DNA of 64,000 bases from an uncultured virus (IMG/VR IMGVR_UViG_3300017917_005385) (Duplodnaviria; Heunggongvirae; Uroviricota; Caudoviricetes). The first letter of the stretch is position 1, and each line of letters begins with the position of its first letter. The notes beneath the pieces were generated by a model. The model saw nothing but the letters and a program-made list of their open reading frames with translations. It ran no database searches and was not told the origin of the DNA. Location: IMG/VR virus record IMGVR_UViG_3300017917_005385. One strand, 5' to 3'. Of the stretch, positions 57,757 through 64,000 are shown piece after piece. A program made the position numbers and the translations under genes.

Positions 57757-60700
57757 TTATCTTACAGAAACATTTATAGCCTGTGTAGCCTTTTTAACTA
57801 TTACTTTACTTCTATTTATGTTAAATTTAATACTAAAAGTAAACGGTCTATTTTCAGCTTCATTTTCTAAGAAAAACTTAACTTTCTTAATATGCTTAAC
57901 AGTTTGTTTACTTGAGTTTAAGTTTACATATTTATAGTTTAATCCATTTTGATTAATATCAAGTGAATTTAATTTAAAGTAAATATTAATAGGTATAATA
58001 ATTGAATTATTATCACCAGTATTAACTGTTTTAACCTTTTCTGAATTTGTTTCTACTATAGTTTCTAAGTTAGGAACAACAGGATGAATAGTTGTTAATA
58101 ATTTAGAAGTTGAAGAGACAGATGGATTTGTATCTACCCATTTCGAAGGATCTAATAAAGATTTATTGTTACCAACAAATGATAATATAGAAGATTCATT
58201 AAATCCAACATTATACTCACTAGAGGATAATACATTTGTTATTGAGTTAGAAACATTTGTTGTAAATAAATTACCAATATTCTCTGATAGTTTAGTAACA
58301 CTTGTTTCTAAAACAGAATCGTAGTTAACCATCCAGATAAATTGATTATCTAATTGGCTTCTAGTTTGACCACTTGTATCTGATGTTATTAACTCATCCT
58401 GGTCATTAACCCAGAAAGTTTGTGGTGCCGCTGTATTATAGTAGCTAGGATTTTGTAAATATGTTCTATTTGATAATAATCCTAATGCAGAACTTGTTGA
58501 TTTATTTCTAATCTTAACAACAAAATCTTTTATAACATAGATATTGTTAGCATATACTCTACCTGTTGGTATTCCTGCTCCACTGTAAGAGTCTAAATAA
58601 TCTTCACATTCAACATTGAATGTTGTTTCACTTCCATTAGATATAACAAACTCTTGGTTATTTCTAAGAATAACAACTTCAAGTTCACCTTTAACTCTTT
58701 TAATTCTTTCTTCTAGTGATGATATTCTATCTTGAAGACTCTTTAAATATGTAAATAAATCTAAGGCTACACCGTTTTCATCTTTGAAACCTGATAATAT
58801 CTTATCACTATCATGATGATATGTTAAATTATTAACAACTACTGTATCAGATAAGTGATCATCTAAACCTTTAGCTGATAGCTCTTGGTTCATTTTAATC
58901 TTTAAATCTTCTGATGTTGCTTCTTTTAATATGAAATCACTTTCATTTAATACATTATTTAAATCATCCGGAAACTCAACTGTTAAAATCTCAGACCAGT
59001 CTGATTCAGTAGGTGACTCAGGCCAACCAACTTCAGAAATTGATTTAATTCTTATTTCTATTTTTTCATTTGCTTGAATACTAAGATCTAATTGGTTTAT
59101 ATTTGGTGTATCAGCGTTTTCAATATCTTCAATTTCCCAAGTATATTCACCATTTGCTGGATTATAGTTTCTTTTTCTAGCATCTGTCTTAAACTCATTC
59201 CAATTAGAGAATGCAGCTTTTGATTGTGTGTTATCAACTGTAAATGTTTCTACAGGTGGCTCAGCACCATCTTTAGATACATATCTATATTGAACTCTAA
59301 ATTGAACAATTTCTTGTGGTCTAGTTCCTCTTGTAATAACAGGTGATGGAATAGTCCAGAAACCTCTAACTCTAAACTTAGGTTCTACTTTTGTTTTAGG
59401 GTTATTAGATAATGTTAATATTTCTTGTGTAGTTGTTGCTAATAACTTACTTCTACTATCTTTTTTTCTAATAAGTTCTTCTATTTCAAGAGCTACTTGT
59501 TTTTTCTCTGCTTCAGATTTAAATTTAACAAATTTAGATTTAGCATTTTTATCAACTATAGCATCTTGTATTTGTTGAACCTCTGATTTTAAAGTTAACT
59601 GATAGTTATGCTTTTGTTTAATTAAATTAGAATCTGGTGTATCTGTTAAGTGTCTATTTATCTGAACAACTTTGAAATTATCTAAATTTAATGTTGGTGA
59701 TATTGGTGTACCTGATAGTGAATTAGGTGTTTTCTTAGCAACTAAATCCTTTAATACTGTACCATAGTCATATACATAGTCTGTATAGAATTGTTCCATA
59801 GTAAGACCATTTTGAGGAGCTGTTGAATCTAATGTTAAGTCATTAGACCAAAAACCAGTACCTAAACTCCAGTTTCTAGCTAACAAGTGATTATCAGCAT
59901 TAATTGGTTTAACAAATATCACGTTTCTTTCATTATAGCCAATACTAATTTTAACTGTCTTATTGTAAATAACAGGTGAATATATTTTAAGACTTCCTAA
60001 AGCAACAGGTATAGGTTCCATTCCTTCAACTCTTTCAAGTCTAACTCTTGGTCTGGATTCAGCAGTAGAAACTTCAATAACTTTATACCTTGTAGAAGTT
60101 TTTTCTGAATTAACAATAACCTCACTATCAATAGATAATTGAGCTGTTTCATTTGTTGACCTAACTAAATAAGTTAATGTGTCTAGTACATACCAAAGTT
60201 TTCTATTGATTCTATCTTCTTGTATTTCTAAAACACTAAACTGACCATCATATAATAAATCATGTGGATCTAAATCAAATACCTCTTCATCAAATTTTGG
60301 ATTAGTTGGATCAATAACACCGGGTGTTGTTGTATGCCAGTTTTCAAAATCTGTTATTAAAATACTAGAGTTACCTCTAAATAAAGTGTTAAAACTATTT
60401 AATGCAGATTGACCTAAATTAGTCAATGCACCAGAAGCATCTTTAGCAAAATCAACAATATACCTTCTAGATTGAATTTTTCTAACATTATTTTCTACTT
60501 TGCCTGTTAAATCTAACTCAACTGATATTATTGGACTCATTAAACCATCAAAGAACCAATTGTTTACAGCCTTAAATTTATTTATAGTTCCTAATGCTCC
60601 GACCGCACTTGGTTCTCTGTTTAAGTCAACTGTGATTATCTTTTTATACTTGTTTTGATTTGAGGTTGCTATCATAGCACCTGCTGCATCAATACTGTAT

Positions 60701-60924
60701 AAAGAATTAATATTATTATTTAATCTATCAATTTCACCTTTTAGTGAGTTGAAAGAAGGTATTGCGAATGTTCTTAGAACACCGTTTTCATCATATACTC
60801 TTATATTTACTGAGTTGTCTTGTGTAGTAGCAAGTGAATTAATTTGACTTAGAATTTCTATAATATTTTTATTAGAAGAAATTACCTGGTCTGCTACTGT
60901 CGGAAATGAACTTTGAATAGGCAT
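57757..60924 (-). CDS. Large putative structural protein (coiled coil + FN3-like segment)
   Basis: 1055 aa; TAATATATA 60957-60949 upstream. Confidence 0.6.
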   Translation of the reverse strand: MPIQSSFPTVADQVISSNKNIIEILSQINSLATTQDNSVNIRVYDENGVLRTFAIPSFNSLKGEIDRLNNNINSLYSIDAAGAMIATSNQNKYKKIITVDLNREPSAVGALGTINKFKAVNNWFFDGLMSPIISVELDLTGKVENNVRKIQSRRYIVDFAKDASGALTNLGQSALNSFNTLFRGNSSILITDFENWHTTTPGVIDPTNPKFDEEVFDLDPHDLLYDGQFSVLEIQEDRINRKLWYVLDTLTYLVRSTNETAQLSIDSEVIVNSEKTSTRYKVIEVSTAESRPRVRLERVEGMEPIPVALGSLKIYSPVIYNKTVKISIGYNERNVIFVKPINADNHLLARNWSLGTGFWSNDLTLDSTAPQNGLTMEQFYTDYVYDYGTVLKDLVAKKTPNSLSGTPISPTLNLDNFKVVQINRHLTDTPDSNLIKQKHNYQLTLKSEVQQIQDAIVDKNAKSKFVKFKSEAEKKQVALEIEELIRKKDSRSKLLATTTQEILTLSNNPKTKVEPKFRVRGFWTIPSPVITRGTRPQEIVQFRVQYRYVSKDGAEPPVETFTVDNTQSKAAFSNWNEFKTDARKRNYNPANGEYTWEIEDIENADTPNINQLDLSIQANEKIEIRIKSISEVGWPESPTESDWSEILTVEFPDDLNNVLNESDFILKEATSEDLKIKMNQELSAKGLDDHLSDTVVVNNLTYHHDSDKILSGFKDENGVALDLFTYLKSLQDRISSLEERIKRVKGELEVVILRNNQEFVISNGSETTFNVECEDYLDSYSGAGIPTGRVYANNIYVIKDFVVKIRNKSTSSALGLLSNRTYLQNPSYYNTAAPQTFWVNDQDELITSDTSGQTRSQLDNQFIWMVNYDSVLETSVTKLSENIGNLFTTNVSNSITNVLSSSEYNVGFNESSILSFVGNNKSLLDPSKWVDTNPSVSSTSKLLTTIHPVVPNLETIVETNSEKVKTVNTGDNNSIIIPINIYFKLNSLDINQNGLNYKYVNLNSSKQTVKHIKKVKFFLENEAENRPFTFSIKFNINRSKVIVKKATQAINVSVR

Positions 60925-60979
60925 GTTTTTAATCTGTTGATTTTTTATTATATATTAAATTCTACTCATTTCTTTAATA

Positions 60980-61010
60980 TTTGTTTTTAGTAAATTATTT
61001 CTTATATTTG
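60980..61010 (+). promoter_or_regulatory. Bacteroidota sigma70-type promoter
   Basis: TTTG-N19-TATATTTG, ATG 4 nt downstream. Confidence 0.75.
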
Positions 61011-61014
61011 CTAC

Positions 61015-61254
61015 ATGATGAAAATTTATAAGATTACATTTAACGATGGTGGTTGGCATAGTGGTTCACTACCCAGTATAACAATAGTTGCTAAGTCTAG
61101 TGATGATGCAAAAGAAAAAGCATTATCTGAAAATCCAAGATATAAGCAAGGATATGATGTTTGGGTTTCTGAGTTCAAGATTGAGGGTTATGTAATTGAG
61201 GTGTATGACGAGAAGACATACAATCGTGATAAAAATATTGAAAAAATTCTTTAA
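61015..61254 (+). CDS. Microprotein with C-terminal tag
   Basis: Ends NRDKNIEKIL. Confidence 0.7.
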   Translation: MMKIYKITFNDGGWHSGSLPSITIVAKSSDDAKEKALSENPRYKQGYDVWVSEFKIEGYVIEVYDEKTYNRDKNIEKIL

Positions 61255-61281
61255 TTAGTAAAAATTGATTATCTTTGTAAA

Positions 61282-63105
61282 ATGATTGAACAACTAAAAG
61301 CGCAAATTATTAAGGCGAATGATGCCTATAGATTGGGTGAACCAATTATATCAGATGCTAAATACGACCAATTGGTTGAGGAATTAGCACTATTATCTCC
61401 AAATGATGAGCTATTAACCAAAGTCGGTCACGTTGTAGCAGACGAATCTCGTAAAAGTAAACTTCCTATTGAGATGGCTTCAATGAATAAGATTAAGTCA
61501 ATGGAAGATGTTGAAGATTGGTGCCGTCTTAAAGGTATTTCTAAGTCTGAATATGTAGTTATTACACCAAAATTTGATGGTCTCTCATTATGTGTTAATG
61601 AGACTACATCAGAGGCTTGGACTCGTGGTGATGGTGAGTATGGTCAAAAATCAAGCGAACATTATTCTTTGATTCAAAATCATCTTAATTTAGATGAACA
61701 ATCATTTTCTTTTACTTATGGTGAGGTAATGATGCCTAAGCAGGTATTTGTTGATAAATATTCAGCAGACTTTGCTAATCCTCGTAACTTAGTGGCTGGT
61801 CTTTTGAATTCAAAAGAACCTAGTCAATCTTTGAAAGATTGTCAATATATTAAATATGGTGCAATCTGTAATAAGAACTTTTCAACTAAACAAGAATTAT
61901 TAAACGAACTTAATATTGGTCAGAGTGTTAAAGTTCAATATCATATCTGTAAACTATCTGACCTTGATGAAGATTTACTAATTCAATTGTTTCATCAGTA
62001 CTCAACTGATTATGAAATCGATGGATTAATTATAGAGTTAAATGATCTTAGTTTACAAAAGCAATTAGGTCGTGAAACTTCATCTAATAACCCTTGCTAT
62101 GCAAGAGCATTCAAACATCCAAGTTTTGAACAGTCCGCTGAAACTGAAATCATCGGTATTTCTTGGAATATTTCTAAGCAAGGCTATCTAAAACCAACAC
62201 TACATATTAACCCTGTTCGTTTAGATGGTGTTACTGTGTCTAATGTAACTGGTAACAATGCTCGTTTTGTAAAAGACCTAGGAATTGGAGTTGGTGCAAA
62301 AGTTGTAGTAAAGAGAAGTGGTATGGTTATTCCCATTATTGCTGATGTTATTACACCTGTTGAGTTTCAAATGCCTAACGTTGATAATATCGACTGGAAT
62401 GAGAATGGTGTTGAGTTAGTAACTCTTGTTGAAACTGACGACCAAAAACTTAAAAAGATTGTTGCCTTCTTTGAAATCCTAGAAGCAGACAATGTGTCAG
62501 AAGGCGTTATCACTCAACTTTGGGAAGCTGGTCACAAAACAATCAAAGATATTCTTAATCTTAAAAAAGAAGATTTAGAAAAGATTGACCGTTTTGGAAA
62601 ACGTAAAGCCGAAATCGTCTATAACTCAATTCAAAAATCTATTACTGGTGTTCAACTTTCTAAAGTTCAACACGCTACCGGTATCTTTAAAGGTCTTGGT
62701 AGTAAGAAACTGGCTTTACTTGAACATTTCACAACTAAACCAAGTTTAGACCAAGTGATGTCTATTGAGGGATTTGCTGAAGTTTCTGCTAAATCATATA
62801 TTGATAGTTATGATGTGTACTTTGACTTTGTTAAAGACTTACCAATCACTATTGAAGAAAAAGTAAAAGCTGTTGCTGTTGGAACCGACCTAGAAGGTAA
62901 ACAATTTGTATTCACCGGTGTTCGTAGAGCTGACTTGGAATCAGTTATCGAATCTCGTGGTGGTAAGATTGGTTCTGGTGTTAGTAAAAATACAACACAC
63001 CTTGTGATGAAATCTGTTGGTTCTGGCTCTTCTAAAGAAAAGAAAGCAATTGAATTAGGAGTTGAAGTTATTACTGTTGAACAATTAGAAAATTTATTAG
63101 CATAA
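61282..63105 (+). CDS. ligA: NAD-dependent DNA ligase
   Basis: ISDAKYD, KFDGLS, TRGDG, NPRN, IDG, OB and HhH regions, C-terminal BRCT; TATCTTTG 61270-61277 upstream. Confidence 0.95.
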   Translation: MIEQLKAQIIKANDAYRLGEPIISDAKYDQLVEELALLSPNDELLTKVGHVVADESRKSKLPIEMASMNKIKSMEDVEDWCRLKGISKSEYVVITPKFDGLSLCVNETTSEAWTRGDGEYGQKSSEHYSLIQNHLNLDEQSFSFTYGEVMMPKQVFVDKYSADFANPRNLVAGLLNSKEPSQSLKDCQYIKYGAICNKNFSTKQELLNELNIGQSVKVQYHICKLSDLDEDLLIQLFHQYSTDYEIDGLIIELNDLSLQKQLGRETSSNNPCYARAFKHPSFEQSAETEIIGISWNISKQGYLKPTLHINPVRLDGVTVSNVTGNNARFVKDLGIGVGAKVVVKRSGMVIPIIADVITPVEFQMPNVDNIDWNENGVELVTLVETDDQKLKKIVAFFEILEADNVSEGVITQLWEAGHKTIKDILNLKKEDLEKIDRFGKRKAEIVYNSIQKSITGVQLSKVQHATGIFKGLGSKKLALLEHFTTKPSLDQVMSIEGFAEVSAKSYIDSYDVYFDFVKDLPITIEEKVKAVAVGTDLEGKQFVFTGVRRADLESVIESRGGKIGSGVSKNTTHLVMKSVGSGSSKEKKAIELGVEVITVEQLENLLA

Positions 63106-63108
63106 TTT

Positions 63109-63450
63109 ATGTCACTAATACATCATTTAGGAAAAGCGGAGACCTCTCAAGAAGGCGTGAATGATTTAGTAAAAGATTTAGAAACTTGTGTACAAACACT
63201 TGAGAATATCAATAGTATTCTAAAAGGTTCAAAATCAAGTGGAAGATCATATGTAGAAACTGAAGTCAATAAAAAAATTGAAGATGGTATATTAGATTCA
63301 ATTCATAATGCTAATAATCACCAATTAAGTGTTATATTAAATGGTGGCTATAGATTCAGATTTTATACTGAATTGAATAATAAAGAAACATTAAGAAACG
63401 AAATACAAAAAAGATTAAGAGATAACAAATTAAAAGAATTAGGACTATGA
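63109..63450 (+). CDS. Hypothetical protein with C-terminal tag
   Basis: Ends LRDNKLKELGL. Confidence 0.7.
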   Translation: MSLIHHLGKAETSQEGVNDLVKDLETCVQTLENINSILKGSKSSGRSYVETEVNKKIEDGILDSIHNANNHQLSVILNGGYRFRFYTELNNKETLRNEIQKRLRDNKLKELGL

Positions 63451-63830
63451 TATTTTTAGGAATTTTAATAGGATTTATTTTAGGTCTTCCAATTGGATTT
63501 ATTAAGTGGAAGAAAAAACAAGAACCTGTTGTTGAGAAATATACAAGACGAGGTTTATTAGGTAAAGAATTTAGCGTAACTGATGGTATAACCGGTAGAA
63601 AAAGCACAGTTGAGTGTAACTTTGAAATTGGTGAATTAGAATCAACAGATACTCTTTCAAAAATTGAAGTAATATTTGTTAAATCAAATCAATCTGAATA
63701 TAACACAGACTCTAATAAAAAGAGATTGATTGATATGATTGACAATACTTGGGTTAACTCCAAGGATATTATGTGGATTACAACTACGGCTGATGTTAGA
63801 AACAAAAAAATAGACCAAGTTTTAAATTAA
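63447..63830 (+). CDS. Membrane-anchored protein with C-terminal tag
   Basis: N-terminal TM; ends VRNKKIDQVLN. Confidence 0.7.
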   Translation: MIFLGILIGFILGLPIGFIKWKKKQEPVVEKYTRRGLLGKEFSVTDGITGRKSTVECNFEIGELESTDTLSKIEVIFVKSNQSEYNTDSNKKRLIDMIDNTWVNSKDIMWITTTADVRNKKIDQVLN

Positions 63831-63831
63831 T

Positions 63832-64000
63832 ATGGACAAACAAAAACTAGATAATATATTTAGTTATCTACCACCCTCACTTGATAAGGTTAAAGATAAA
63901 CTATATGAGAATGGTGATGAAGTTGGTCTTAAAACTGGTTATGAGCCTTATATTCAACACACACCAGAAGTGGTAGAAGAAGTACAGGCGACATTTATAG
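63832..64000 (+). CDS. Hypothetical protein, N-terminal part (runs off window)
   Basis: ATG 63832 MDKQKLDNIFSYLPPSLDK..., open to the window edge. Confidence 0.6.
   Translation, partial: MDKQKLDNIFSYLPPSLDKVKDKLYENGDEVGLKTGYEPYIQHTPEVVEEVQATFI

Noticed and set aside
63356..63607. Minus-strand 83-aa hydrophobic ORF
   Set aside because: Antisense shadow of two tagged + strand genes
1..64000. Stop-codon reassignment as in some huge phages
   Set aside because: Genes up to 5 kb are intact and tile the window under the standard code
1..64000. tRNA, rRNA, introns, inteins
   Set aside because: Intergenic gaps are too short and show no cloverleaf; ligA, gp46 and phoH appear uninterrupted
1..64000. 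Bacterial chromosome or eukaryotic giant virus origin
   Set aside because: Isolated ribosomal-protein genes among T4-like (gp46, CTS, late box) and fibre genes, with bacterial promoters and terminators, fit a jumbo phage

Overview
Very AT-rich, gene-dense 64 kb segment that reads as part of a T4-like jumbo/huge phage, probably infecting a Bacteroidota (Flavobacteriia-like) host. Host support: TAnnTTTG promoters, no evident Shine-Dalgarno sites, and a bS21 carrying Tyr54. It contains giant virion/tail proteins, gp46/SbcC, NAD-dependent ligase, a primase-like protein, Dam, PhoH, a sirtuin, DnaJ, M16/M28 peptidases, an SPFH protein, and three ribosomal-protein-like genes (bS21, bS1, bL12-CTD). 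The main candidate new system is about 15 otherwise unrelated + strand proteins sharing a short, mostly C-terminal helix tag R-x-x-K-[IL]-x-x-[IL]-[LG]. Several are miniature fragments of conserved machines (major capsid, tail sheath, terminase Walker A and coupling motif, helicase Walker B, ClpC-type UVR, bL12) fused to the tag, which suggests a tagged decoy/bait library. A separate set of 10 proteins carries a T4-CTS-like N-terminal capsid-targeting signal, mostly behind a late-type AATATATA promoter. Three promoter classes are visible, and many genes look leaderless. All calls are by-eye motif recognition; no searches were run. No tRNA, rRNA or CRISPR array was seen.
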